A stretch of 58,925 bases of DNA. It comes from Rhodospirillales bacterium. GTDB lineage: Bacteria > Pseudomonadota > Alphaproteobacteria > Kiloniellales > JAKSDN01. Below the pieces are notes generated by a model that saw only the letters and a program-made list of their open reading frames with translations, made no database searches and had not been told where the DNA came from. Shown piece after piece: positions 38,540-48,627 of this stretch; position 1 is the stretch's first letter, and each line of letters starts with the position of its first letter. The stretch is from the NCBI GenBank assembly GCA_029859805.1, contig JAOUCL010000002.1:1-58925 (forward strand). The letters run 5' to 3'. A program made the position numbers and the translations under genes.

Positions 38540-40087
38540 ATGGACGCGGCGCGATCGGGCGAAGCAGGGCGCCGCGGCGGGCGCCGGGCGCGGCGTGAGC
38601 AGCGGCTGGCAGCCCCACTCGTCTCGCTGCCCACGCTGACCCGCAACATCCCGGTCTACGAGGTGCTGGACCACGAGGGCGTCGAGCTGATCCACGAGGC
38701 CTCGATGGGGATTCTCGAGGAGGTCGGCATCGACTTCCGCGACGCCGAGGCGCTGGCGCTCTGGAAGGAGGCCGGCGCCCAGGTCGCCGACGAGCGCGTG
38801 CGCATCGACCGGAACCTGGTGATGGCCCTGGTCGCGACCACGCCCGAGGAGATCACGCTCGCCGGCCGCAACCCGGCGCGCACGGTCAGGCTGGGCGGCC
38901 GCAACACGGTCTTCGCGCCGACCTATGGCTCGCCCTACGTGCTCGACCTGGAGGGCCAGCGGCGCTACTCCACGCTGGCCGACCTCGAGGCCTTCCACAA
39001 GCTGGCCTACCTGGCCCCGGCGCTGCACCTGACCGGCGGCATCACCTGCGAGCCGGTCGACGTCCCGGTCGCCAAGCGCCACCTGCACATCGCCTATAGC
39101 GCGCTCAGGCACTCCGACAAGCCCTTCATGGGCGCGACGACGGCGCGCGAGCGGGCCGAGGACACGGTGGCCATGGCCAAGCTCGTCTTCGGCGAGGCCT
39201 TCGTCGAGGCCAACACGGTCATGGTCTCGGTCTGCAACTGCAACTCGCCGCTGGTCTGGGACGCGACCATGCTGGACGCGGTCAAGGTCTACGCCCGGCA
39301 CAACCAGGCGGTCCTCCTCTCGCCCTTCGTCATGGCCGGGGCCAACACGCCGGCGTCGAGCGTCGGCGCGGTCGCGCAGCTGAACGCCGAGGCGCTGGCC
39401 GGCCTCGCCTTCGCGCAGCTCGTGCAACCCGGCGCGCCGATGATCTACGGCCACTACCTGGCCACGGTCTCGATGAAGTCCGGCGCGCCCATGGCCGGCA
39501 CGCCCGAGATCAGCCTGATGAACTTCATGGTCGGCCAGCTGGCCCGGCGCTACAAGGTGCCCTGGCGCTCCAGCGGCATGGTCAACGGCGCCAAGCTGCC
39601 CGACGCCCAGGCGGCCTATGAATCCGGCATGACCATGCAGTCTGTGCTGCTGGCCGGCGCCAACTACGTGTTCCATTCGGCCGGCTGGCTGGAAGCCGGC
39701 CTCACGGCCAGCTTCGCCAAGTTCATGCTCGATGCCGAGCAGATGGAGATGTACTACCGCTTCGCCCAAGGCGTCGCTTTCGAGGACCTGGGCGACGCCA
39801 TGGCGGCGCTCGCCGAAGTCGGCCCCGGCGGCCACTACCTGGGCACCGCCCACACCCGGGCGAAGTTCCAGAGCGCCTTCTACATGCCGGAATTGCTCGA
39901 CAACAACAGCTACGAGCAGTGGGCCGCCGAGGGCGCCCAGGACACCGCCGCCCGCGCCACGGCCAAGGCGCGCGAGCAGCTCGCCCGCTGGAACGACCAC
40001 GCCCCGGCCCTCGACCCGGCGGTCGACGAGGCCCTGCGGGCGTTCATCAGGGAACGGGAGGCCGTGCTGCCGGATACGGTCGGGTGA
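38540..40087 (+). CDS. Trimethylamine methyltransferase (MttB superfamily), non-pyrrolysine member
   Basis: IHEASMGILEEVGIDF, HSDKPFMG, NSPLVWD, LNAEALAG, MKSGAPMAGTPE, AKLPDAQAAYES, HSAGWLEAGL, VGPGGHYLG; no in-frame TAG. Confidence 0.92.
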   Translation: MDAARSGEAGRRGGRRARREQRLAAPLVSLPTLTRNIPVYEVLDHEGVELIHEASMGILEEVGIDFRDAEALALWKEAGAQVADERVRIDRNLVMALVATTPEEITLAGRNPARTVRLGGRNTVFAPTYGSPYVLDLEGQRRYSTLADLEAFHKLAYLAPALHLTGGITCEPVDVPVAKRHLHIAYSALRHSDKPFMGATTARERAEDTVAMAKLVFGEAFVEANTVMVSVCNCNSPLVWDATMLDAVKVYARHNQAVLLSPFVMAGANTPASSVGAVAQLNAEALAGLAFAQLVQPGAPMIYGHYLATVSMKSGAPMAGTPEISLMNFMVGQLARRYKVPWRSSGMVNGAKLPDAQAAYESGMTMQSVLLAGANYVFHSAGWLEAGLTASFAKFMLDAEQMEMYYRFAQGVAFEDLGDAMAALAEVGPGGHYLGTAHTRAKFQSAFYMPELLDNNSYEQWAAEGAQDTAARATAKAREQLARWNDHAPALDPAVDEALRAFIREREAVLPDTVG

Positions 40088-40160
40088 GGGAACCTCATTC
40101 CAACTGCCGTCTCCGAGATTGCAGCGACAACTTTCAAGACGTTACTGTTGACGCGGTCGC

Positions 40161-40937
40161 TTAGCAGTATAGCGGCCGATTCCAAGCATCATGGAACTCC
40201 TTGTCGCACGGGTCCGCTTTTCCCGCAGGCACCAGAGTCATTGGCAAGTAGTTCCGTATTGCTTGGTTTGGATTATCCGCTCCCGCCGGAACAAGCGTCA
40301 CCAGCAGTTTGCCCACCGGCGAAACCGGCCTATACTATGTATTCGCGCCGGAACCCGGAACATAGACCACCTGCGATCCCACCATGTAAGCGTAACCGCT
40401 GGAGGGTGTGGTTATCTCGACCGCGTACTCGAGCATCTTGGCATCCGTGTGAACCACAACATAAGCTGCAGCTCTATCTATCCCGCGAACGTGGTAGCTC
40501 GCCTCAAGCATTATCTCTCTATCGCCCCAAAAACCTTCTTCGCTTCGGAAGATTAAACTGACATCGTTATAAGTATGGATTTTTCTGTATTCTGAATCGT
40601 ATACCGTAATTATCGGATAAAACCAGCTCGAACTTGGGCCCCAAAAATTATCGATCGCACTTGATAATACATCTATTGTAAATTCATTCACTGTGCCCGG
40701 AAGCTGAAAGCCAGCGAAATAGCTCCTCCCTTCTTGAAATTCGTACAGAGGATTTTCAGTGCTGATCGCCACCAATTCGGGTGATAACGGCTTGAGAGGC
40801 GTGTATTCGAATTGGCTGGGTGAGATACAACAGGATGACGCTTCAGAATAGTTGGACAGATATGTCTCAACTGGCCGTGCGCACGACCCCAAACTGAGGA
40901 TCAGTAGACCAAAAACAAGGCGCTTCACAGACCTCAT
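40161..40937 (-). pseudogene. AT-richer lipoprotein (possibly MalM-like) interrupted by an in-frame TAG at 40335-40337
   Basis: MRSVKRLVFGLLILSLGSC lipobox; RSYFAGFQLP, FYPIITVYD; the frame stays open for 57 codons after the TAG, to TAA at 40161. Confidence 0.55.
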
Positions 40938-41131
40938 CGTCCCTGGCCTCTCGTTCCAAACGGCCTGCTGGAAAGGCACAAACAGGATATGGACTTCTTA
41001 ACCGCGTGTCGAGAGCATACGGTGCTTGAGGTGGTTTGAGGGCAGCTGCTGCAATACCATATGGGACCAGCTATGGTCTGCTCTTTCCTGTCGACTAGCC
41101 CCACCACGGCTATCCATGTGAGACGCCCGCC

Positions 41132-41662
41132 ATGACCGAGTTTCGCGACGCCGGACTGGTGGACGCCGACGCCGTTGCTGCACTACACGCGGAGAGCTGG
41201 CGGGCCCACTACCGGGGCATCCTGCCCGATGCCTATCTGGACGGCCAGGTCTTCCAGGAGCGGCGCGCCTTCTGGCAGGACGCGCTGCGGAATCCCAGGG
41301 TCGACGACCTGACGATCGTCTCGGCCGAAGCGACCGGGCTCACCGGCTTCGTCTCGGTCGTGCGCGACGGCGAGCCGGGCTTCGGCGCGGTGATCGAGAA
41401 CCTGCACGTGCGGCCGCAACTCTGCGGCCGGGGCCTGGGCCGGCGGCTGCTCGGCGAAGCGGTGGCCCGCCTTATGGCAGCCGGCGTGCCCTCGGCCTGC
41501 CTCTGGGTCTATGACGTCAACGAAGCGGCGATCGGCTTCTACGCGCGCCTCGGCGGCATACCCGACAAGCACGGCTTCGACGATTTCGCCGGCGCCCGCG
41601 CGCCGGACACCCGCATCGTCTGGCCCGACCTTGCAGTCCTCGAACGCGCCTGCAAAAGTTAG
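41132..41662 (+). CDS. GNAT-family N-acetyltransferase
   Basis: LHAESWRAHYRGILP, LHVRPQLCGRGLGRRL (acetyl-CoA motif), LWVYDVNEAAIGFY. Confidence 0.9.
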   Translation: MTEFRDAGLVDADAVAALHAESWRAHYRGILPDAYLDGQVFQERRAFWQDALRNPRVDDLTIVSAEATGLTGFVSVVRDGEPGFGAVIENLHVRPQLCGRGLGRRLLGEAVARLMAAGVPSACLWVYDVNEAAIGFYARLGGIPDKHGFDDFAGARAPDTRIVWPDLAVLERACKS

Positions 41663-41711
41663 CGCCGCCAAGCCGACGTCCTTCTCGAGAACGGTAAACA
41701 GCGAGGTCCCA

Positions 41712-42653
41712 ATGCCCAACTACCTGCATGAGGCCGAGGCTGCCGGTTCGCCGCTCGCCATGGATCCGGCGGAGTTCGAGCGCCTCGGCCGGCGGGTCGT
41801 CGCGATGATCGCGGGACACCTGGCCGGTCTGCGCGACGGACCGGTCCACCGCGCGTTGCCCGCGGACGAGCTGCGCAGCGTCCTGGACCAGGCGCTGCGC
41901 AGCTCGTCCACGGTCAACACCGGGGCGATCGATCCGCTCGACCGGATCGCCGAGACCTGCGCCGAGGAGGGCCTGTGGTTCCATGTCGACGGCGCCTACG
42001 GGGCGCTCGGCATGGCCGACCCCGACGAGACGCCGCGCTTCGCCGGTATGGAGCGGGCCGATTCGCTGGCGCTCGACCCGCACAAATGGCTCTCGGTGCC
42101 GATCGAGTGCGGCGCGGTGCTGGTCCGGGATCGCGAGCTGCAGCGCGACGCCTTCAGCCTCGTGGCGCCTTACCTGCGGTTCCAGCAGGCGGGCGACGCG
42201 GACGAGCTGCCCCAGCCCTTCGAACACGGCGTTCAGCTGACACGGGGGTTTCGCGCGCTCAAGGCCTGGGCGACCCTCATGCACCTCGGCCGCGCCGGGC
42301 TGCGCCGCAAGATCGCCCACAACAACGCCCTGGCGAGGCGCCTGGCCGGGGCCGTCGAAGCGGCGCCGGACCTCGAGCTGCTGGCGCCGGTCTCCCTGTC
42401 GATCGTCTGCTTCCGCTTTGTCCCGGCAGGATGGACGGGCAGCGAAACCGCGCTGGACGCCCTCAACGAGGTGATCACCGAGCGCGTCAACGCCGGGGGC
42501 GAGGTCTACTTCACGCCGACGACGCTGGGCGGCCGCCGCGTCCTTCGCGCCTGCATCATCCACTACGCCACGACAGAGGCGGACGTCGACCTGCTGGTCC
42601 GGCGGGTGCGCGAGACCGGAGGCAACCTGGCGGCGCGGCGGTTCGATCCTTGA
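41712..42653 (+). pseudogene. Group II PLP-dependent decarboxylase with a large in-frame internal deletion
   Basis: N-terminal EFERLGRRVVAMIA joins directly to TVNTGAIDPL; HVDGAYG and DSLALDPHKW retained; 313 aa against roughly 470-500 aa typical of the family. Confidence 0.7.
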
Positions 42654-42675
42654 GGCTTGGTCCGCGCGCCGCGGC

Positions 42676-43254
42676 TTAGGCCGGCGCGCCGGCTTCCGTC
42701 GCCTCCGGGACCTCGATGAGCTTGCCGGACCCGACGTCGTAGATGTAGCCGTAGATCGGGATCCCGCCGGGCACCAGCGGATGGCCGCGGATGCGGCGCA
42801 CGTCCTCCGCGACGCTTCCGGCCAGGTCCGTGAAGGTCAGCCACTTGACGTAGCGCCCCTCCGGCGAGCCGCCGCCGCCCCGGTCGCGCCAGCCGGTGGG
42901 CGTAAGCTCGGCGGTGTTCAGGCTGCTGGCCAGCAGATCGCCCATGACCTCGTCGGTGAAGGTCTCCATGCCGCAGTTGGTGTGGTGGATGACGAACCAC
43001 TCCCCGGTACCCAGGAGTTTGTGCGAGATGACCAGCGAGCGGATCGCGTCGTCGCTGGCCCGCCCGCCGGCGTTGCGGATGACGTGGGCGTCGCCCTCGG
43101 CCAGGCCGGCGTACTTGGCCGGGTCGAGGCGCGCGTCCATGCAGGTGAGTATGGCGAAGCGCCGCGCCGGCGGCATCGCGAGCTTCCCCTTGGCGCCGAA
43201 CTCTGCGGCATAGGCGGCGTTGGCGCTCAGAACCTCGTCGACGATCTTGCTCAT
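42676..43254 (-). CDS. Beta-class carbonic anhydrase (clade D-like)
   Basis: [21 protein letters not shown] zinc ligands, [11 protein letters not shown]. Confidence 0.92.
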   Translation of the reverse strand: MSKIVDEVLSANAAYAAEFGAKGKLAMPPARRFAILTCMDARLDPAKYAGLAEGDAHVIRNAGGRASDDAIRSLVISHKLLGTGEWFVIHHTNCGMETFTDEVMGDLLASSLNTAELTPTGWRDRGGGGSPEGRYVKWLTFTDLAGSVAEDVRRIRGHPLVPGGIPIYGYIYDVGSGKLIEVPEATEAGAPA

Positions 43255-43390
43255 GTCGAACCTCCCCGATGTTGAACCGCCGCCATGATAACGCCGCGTC
43301 GGCGCCGTGTCAGGTCGGCGCAACCACAAAGGGCTCGCCTCCAGCAATCCCATGGTTAGGAACTGTTTTTCGCACCGACCGGCGGCAGGG

Positions 43391-44197
43391 TCACTTGTCT
43401 TCGTGACAGTGCGTACAAAGCTTGATGTCCTTGCGCACCAGGGCACCGTGATCTCGCGTGTAGGCCCTGTGGCAAGAGAGGCAGCTCACCTTGCCGTCGG
43501 GCACCAGCATCCCGCCCTCGGCGTTCGCCGCCGGGCGGCGGAGGCTCGCGCGCGTCCTGGTCGGGGCTCCGATCGGGTGGTTCCTCATGCCGGTGCCGTT
43601 GGACGCTCCGTAGGTCCCGCGGATGCCGTCCCCGAACGTGGATGCCCGATTCTCATGACAGACCACGCAGCGCACCGAATAGGCGTCGATCTCGGAGGGC
43701 CGCGTGGTCCGCGCGTCGATATGGCCCGAGGCCGTGAGCGACAGGCCGCCCTCCGGCATGCCGTCGAAGAACCCGGCCGGATGGCACGCCAGGCAGAAGG
43801 CGCGGCCGCGGAGCGCCGCCCGCAGGCGCCCGGGGACGGCCTCGTGCGGGTCGTGACAGGTGCTGCAGGTCACCTCGCCCTTCCAGTCGAGCGGGAATTC
43901 GCGCGGCAGCGGCCGGCCGGGGACAAAGCCGGTGGGATGGCTGGCCTCGACCGCGCCCCGGTGGCAGCGCCCGCACAACCGTTCCTGGGTGGCCGTCAGT
44001 TCACGGGCGTTCCCGGGCGTCGCGTCGCGTCCGGCAAGATGGCAGCTCCCGCAGCTCGATTCGCTGCGCTGCGATCGTTTCTCGAGATCGCCCGGACATT
44101 TTCCTACCGGGGATAGGGCAAGAACGCTGCTCGACCAAAACAGGGCCAACACTATCCCAAGATCCCCGGCAATGCGCCGGGCGCGCACTGCTGGCAT
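43391..44197 (-). CDS. Periplasmic multiheme cytochrome c (7 CxxCH motifs; doubled-CxxCH type)
   Basis: [38 protein letters not shown]; signal-like N terminus; GGAGG ribosome-binding site. Confidence 0.85.
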   Translation of the reverse strand: MPAVRARRIAGDLGIVLALFWSSSVLALSPVGKCPGDLEKRSQRSESSCGSCHLAGRDATPGNARELTATQERLCGRCHRGAVEASHPTGFVPGRPLPREFPLDWKGEVTCSTCHDPHEAVPGRLRAALRGRAFCLACHPAGFFDGMPEGGLSLTASGHIDARTTRPSEIDAYSVRCVVCHENRASTFGDGIRGTYGASNGTGMRNHPIGAPTRTRASLRRPAANAEGGMLVPDGKVSCLSCHRAYTRDHGALVRKDIKLCTHCHEDK

Positions 44198-44450
44198 GGG
44201 CCACCTCCCGTTACCGCGCTTGTTCCTATTGTTCCGGGCGCTGCAACAGACACTGCGATTATCGCCGCGAAAAACGCTCGCGGACTGTGCGATTCCCCAC
44301 ACGTTGACGGTGCCGGAATTCGAAAATTCGGGTCAGGTCTCCATGACCGCGCTGATGAGGGCTTCCTGCCGGGAGTCTCCGGATGACCGAGCATTCCCTG
44401 ATTCGACACCGACCCAGAGTTGACGTTGCGACAAGCCGCAGCCAGGGTCA

Positions 44451-44464
44451 TTGATGCAGATCAA
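44451..44464. promoter_or_regulatory. FNR/FixK box
   Basis: TTGAT-GCAG-ATCAA, a perfect match to TTGAT-N4-ATCAA, in a divergent intergenic region. Confidence 0.8.
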
Positions 44465-44634
44465 CGCAAGTGTCCTTATTATCGAGCGACCGGGCAGCGG
44501 GCCTGTCGAAAAACGCGCCTCGGGCCCCGGTTCGACGCGCCGGGCGGTTCGCGCGGACTTGACCCGCGGGCCGAGAAGTCGGACGGTCGGGGACCAGCCC
44601 GGGCAGGGGCGGAAGGACAACGGGAGGAGGAACC

Positions 44635-45570
44635 ATGAGCGAGACCCGTAACGTGGCGCGGAGCCGGCCCCAGGGCCTCTGGGCTCCGGCGCTGACCGCG
44701 CTGGACGAGGACCTGGCGCCGGACGCCGGACGCACGGTGGCGCATGTGCGCCGGCTACTGGACGAGGGCTGCCACGGCGTGGCGCTCTTCGGCACCACGG
44801 GCGAGGCCACCTCGTTTTCAGTCGACGAGCGCAAGGCGGTCCTGGAGGCCACGCTGGAAGCCGGCGTTCCGGCCGGCCGGCTCATGGTCGGCACCGGCTG
44901 CTGCGCGCTGACCGACAGCCTGGAGCTGACCCGCCACGCCGCCGCCCTGGGCTGCAAACAGGTCCTCATGCTGCCGCCCTTCTACTACAAGGGGGTGAGC
45001 GACGAGGGCCTCCATGCCGCCTACGCCGAGGTGATCGAGCGCACCGGCGACCCGGCGCTCGAGGTCATCCTCTACCACTTCCCGCGGCTGTCCGCCGTGC
45101 CGATCACCCACGGCCTGGTCGAGAGCGTGCTGACCGCCTACCCGGGAACGATCGCGGGAATAAAGGACAGCTCGGGCGACCCCGAAGGCTGCGCCCACTT
45201 CATCGCCCGCTTCCCGGATCTCGGGATCTTCCCGGGGACCGAGGCGATCATGCTGGACATGCTGGAGAAAGGCGCGGCCGGCTGCATCAGCGCCTCGGCC
45301 AACGTCAACGCGCCGGCGATCCGCCGGGTCTGGGACGCCTGGCAAGCCGGGCGCGAGGACCGGGAGGCCCTGCAGGACGAGATCACGGCGACGCGCCTGG
45401 TGCTCCAGGCCAACCCCATGATCCCCACGCTGAAGCAGATCCTGGCCCACCGGCTGGGCGATTCGGCCTGGCTCAGGCTACGCCCGCCGCTGACCACGCT
45501 CACGGGCGCGCAGGCGGCCCAGTTGGAGACCGAGCTGGCCCGGCTAGGGTTCGGCCTCGCGGCGGCCTAG
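44635..45570 (+). CDS. Dihydrodipicolinate synthase family lyase
   Basis: FGTTGEATSF, VGTG, LPPFYYK, LYHFP, GIKDSSGD. Confidence 0.92.
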   Translation: MSETRNVARSRPQGLWAPALTALDEDLAPDAGRTVAHVRRLLDEGCHGVALFGTTGEATSFSVDERKAVLEATLEAGVPAGRLMVGTGCCALTDSLELTRHAAALGCKQVLMLPPFYYKGVSDEGLHAAYAEVIERTGDPALEVILYHFPRLSAVPITHGLVESVLTAYPGTIAGIKDSSGDPEGCAHFIARFPDLGIFPGTEAIMLDMLEKGAAGCISASANVNAPAIRRVWDAWQAGREDREALQDEITATRLVLQANPMIPTLKQILAHRLGDSAWLRLRPPLTTLTGAQAAQLETELARLGFGLAAA

Positions 45571-45578
45571 AGCCGGCC

Positions 45579-47630
45579 TTGACGACGCTCCTGGGCATCG
45601 ACACCGGCGGCACCTACACCGACGCCGTGCTGTTCGACCCGGCGGCCGGCGTGCTCGGCTCGGCCAAGGCGCTGACGACAAAGCACGACCTGGCGCTGGG
45701 CGTGCAGGGCGCCATGGACGCGGTGCTGCCCGACGACCCGGCCGGGATCGCCCTGGTCTCGCTCTCGACCACCCTGGCGACCAATGCCCTTGTCGAGGGC
45801 CACGGCAGCCCGGTCTGCCTGCTGCTGATTGGCTCCGGCCCCGAGGCGCTGGAGCGCGCCGGCCTGGGCCGGGCGCTCGGCGGCGACCCGGTCGCCTTCA
45901 TCGCGGGCGGCCACGGCGCCGGCGGCGACGAGCAGCGGCCGGTCGACCTGGAGGCGGCGCGCACCGCGATCCTGGAATACGCGCCCAAGGTGGCGGCCTT
46001 CGCCGTGGCCGGCTATTTCGGGGTGCGCAACCCGGCCCACGAGGCCGCGCTGCGCGACCTGGTCCGTGCCGAGACCAGCCTGCCCGTGACCTGCGCGCAC
46101 GAGCTGACGAGCAACCTGGACGCGCCGCGCCGGGCCATGACCACGGTGCTGAACGCGCGCCTGATCCCACTGCTCCAGCAGCTCGTCCTGGCGGTGCGCG
46201 GCCTGCTGGCCGCGAGGGGCATCGAGGCGCCGCTCATGGTGGTCAAGGGCGACGGCTCGCTGATCGCGGCGGAGGCCGCACTGCTGCGGCCGATCGAGAC
46301 CATCCTCTCGGGCCCGGCGGCGAGCGTCATGGGCGCCCGCGCGCTGGCCGGCGCGGAGGACGTCCTGGTCGCCGATATCGGCGGCACGACGACGGACGTC
46401 GCCCTGCTGCGGGACGGCTTTCCCGCGCTCGACCGCGACGGCGCCGATGTCGGCGGCTGGCGCACCATGGTCGAGGCCGCGGCAGTGCACACGGTCGGCA
46501 TCGGCGGCGACAGCGAGGTCCGGCTGGACGGGACCGGGGCGCTTACCGTCGGGCCGCGCCGGGCCCTGCCGCTCAGCCTGCTGGCCCGCGACCGGCCGGA
46601 GGTCCTGGAGGAGCTGCGCTGCCAGGCGGCGCGCACCGCGCCCGAGGTCGAGGACGGCCGTTTCGCGCTGCGCCTGAGGCCCCTGGACGCGGCGGAGAGC
46701 AGCCTGAGCAGCGGCGAAGCCCAGGTCTGGCAGGCACTTGCCGGGGGGCCGGTGCCACTGGCCGGGCTGCTGGCGGACCACCATCTGGCGCGGCCGCTGG
46801 CGCGTCTGGTCGACCGCGGCCTGGCGATCCTCGCCGCCTTCACCCCGAGCGATGCGGCCCATGTCCTGGGCCTGCAGGACGACTGGTCGGCCGAGGCCGC
46901 CCGGCTGGGCGCCGAGATCTGGGGCCGGCGCCTGGCGGCCGGCGGCGACGCGGGCCCGGTCGAGGCCGCGGCCATCAGCCGCCGGATCGTGGAGCAGGTC
47001 ATCGTGCAGTCCGGCGAGGCCCTGGTCTCGGCCGTCCTGGCCGAGGAGCGCGGCGCAGTCCTGGAGAGCGGCCGGGACTTGGCCCGTGAGCTGATCGCGC
47101 GGGCGCTCGCCGGCGACAACCCGCCTGGCGGGCTGCTCGATGTCAGCCTGCGCCTGCGCCGACCCCTGGTCGCGATCGGGGCGCCGGCGGCAACCTACTA
47201 TCCGGCGATCGGCGAACGGCTCGGTACCCGGGTCACGGTCCCGCCCCACGCCGGGGTCGCGAACGCCGTCGGCGCGGTGGCGAGCGGCATCCTTCAGACC
47301 GTCAAGGCGCTGATCACGGCCCCCGACGAGGGCCGCTACCGGGTCCATCTGTCGAGCGAGCCGCGCGACTTCACGGCCTACGAGGAGGCGCTCGGCTTCG
47401 CCGAGCGCGAGGCCGCCCGCTTGGCCGCGGAGCAGGCGCGGCAGGCGGGCGCCGGCGAGGTCCAGCTCCGGACCCGGCGCCGCGAGCGCATCGTGCAGGG
47501 CGCCGACGGCCACAGCCAGTTCATCGACTGCGAGGTCGCCGCGACAGCGGTCGGCCGGCCCCGGCTGGCCGGCGCCCCCGCGGCCACCGAGAGCCACCCA
47601 TTGATCCAAGCAGGAGGAGCAGGACCATGA
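45579..47630 (+). CDS. Hydantoinase/oxoprolinase subunit A-like (HyuA-type ATPase) protein
   Basis: GIDTGGTYTDAV, STTLATNALVEG, TTVLNARL, ETILSGPAAS, DIGGTTTD, GIGGDS, FTPSDA, ANAVGA. Confidence 0.9.
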   Translation: MTTLLGIDTGGTYTDAVLFDPAAGVLGSAKALTTKHDLALGVQGAMDAVLPDDPAGIALVSLSTTLATNALVEGHGSPVCLLLIGSGPEALERAGLGRALGGDPVAFIAGGHGAGGDEQRPVDLEAARTAILEYAPKVAAFAVAGYFGVRNPAHEAALRDLVRAETSLPVTCAHELTSNLDAPRRAMTTVLNARLIPLLQQLVLAVRGLLAARGIEAPLMVVKGDGSLIAAEAALLRPIETILSGPAASVMGARALAGAEDVLVADIGGTTTDVALLRDGFPALDRDGADVGGWRTMVEAAAVHTVGIGGDSEVRLDGTGALTVGPRRALPLSLLARDRPEVLEELRCQAARTAPEVEDGRFALRLRPLDAAESSLSSGEAQVWQALAGGPVPLAGLLADHHLARPLARLVDRGLAILAAFTPSDAAHVLGLQDDWSAEAARLGAEIWGRRLAAGGDAGPVEAAAISRRIVEQVIVQSGEALVSAVLAEERGAVLESGRDLARELIARALAGDNPPGGLLDVSLRLRRPLVAIGAPAATYYPAIGERLGTRVTVPPHAGVANAVGAVASGILQTVKALITAPDEGRYRVHLSSEPRDFTAYEEALGFAEREAARLAAEQARQAGAGEVQLRTRRRERIVQGADGHSQFIDCEVAATAVGRPRLAGAPAATESHPLIQAGGAGP

Positions 47631-47977
47631 CCATCGAACGCAAGCACAGCGGCGCGCGCATGAGCCAGATCGTGATTCACGGCGACACGGTCTACCTGGC
47701 CGGCCAGGTCGCGGAGCAGGCGCCGGCCTCACCGGCCGGCGAGCAGACCGCGGCGATCCTGAAGCAAATCGACGGCCTGCTGGCCGAAGCCGGCAGCGAC
47801 AAGTCCAAGCTGCTTTCCGCGACCATCTGGCTCGCCGACATGCGCGACTACGACGCGGTCAACGAGGTCTGGGACGCCTGGGTGCCCGAGGGCGCGGCCC
47901 CGGCGCGCGCCTGCGTCGAGGCCAAGCTGGCGTTTGCCAAATATACTGTCGAGATCGGCGTCATCGCCGCACGCTAA
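47627..47977 (+). CDS. RidA family protein (YoaB/Rid2-like)
   Basis: RMSQIVIHGDTVYLAGQV, NEVWDAWV, PARACVEAKL, VEIGVIAA. Confidence 0.92.
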   Translation: MTIERKHSGARMSQIVIHGDTVYLAGQVAEQAPASPAGEQTAAILKQIDGLLAEAGSDKSKLLSATIWLADMRDYDAVNEVWDAWVPEGAAPARACVEAKLAFAKYTVEIGVIAAR

Positions 47978-48063
47978 AGACCTTCGGGATGGATCGCGGA
48001 CGCCCGGCGTAACATTGATGAGAGGACCGCCCGCGGCGGCCCGTCACAGCCAAGGAACAGGCC

Positions 48064-48540
48064 ATGCCGAGACTGCTGCTCGCCTTGCTCGTCGCCCTCC
48101 TCGCGTTCCAGGCCCCGGCCCAAGCCGAGATCCGCCGGCTCGCCTTCGTCCAGGATGACGGCACGCTCAAGGTGGGGGGGCGCACTGTCCGCCTTTTCGG
48201 TATCTACATCCCGCCGACCAACCGGGTCTGCCGCACGTCGATCCGACCGGTGCGCTGCGCGTCCAGGGCCGTGCTGCAGCTCGACCTCAGGGTCGACCGC
48301 TTCGTCGCCTGCGATCGGGTGGCGCGCCATACCGACCGCAGCGAGAGCGCGGTCTGCCGCATCCGCGTCCGCAACTCGCCGCTCGGCCCCGACATCGACC
48401 TTTCTGCCTGGATGCTGTACCACGGCTGGGCCGTCGCCCTGCCCAACGCGCCCTTCGAGTACCTGGTCCTGGAGCGCATTGCCCGGGAGCGCGAACGGGG
48501 TATCTGGGGCATTCCGGTGGACCGCGTCACCTTTCGGTGA
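48064..48540 (+). CDS. Secreted thermonuclease (SNase)-fold protein with degenerate catalytic motifs
   Basis: Signal peptide; DDGTLKV, VRLFGI, MLYHGWA, ERIARERERGIWG. Confidence 0.75.
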   Translation: MPRLLLALLVALLAFQAPAQAEIRRLAFVQDDGTLKVGGRTVRLFGIYIPPTNRVCRTSIRPVRCASRAVLQLDLRVDRFVACDRVARHTDRSESAVCRIRVRNSPLGPDIDLSAWMLYHGWAVALPNAPFEYLVLERIARERERGIWGIPVDRVTFR

Positions 48541-48627
48541 TGGCCTGCAGGTCGCAGAACGCCTGTATTTCGCCTACAGTCTCGATACGGCATTAGGGTC
48601 CGGCGCCGATCCGAGGGGGCTTGGGGC

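Noticed and set aside
38540-40937. Pyrrolysine system (MttB next to an in-frame TAG)
   Set aside because: The MttB has no amber codon, the TAG lies in an unrelated convergent lipoprotein gene, and there are no pyl genes in the window
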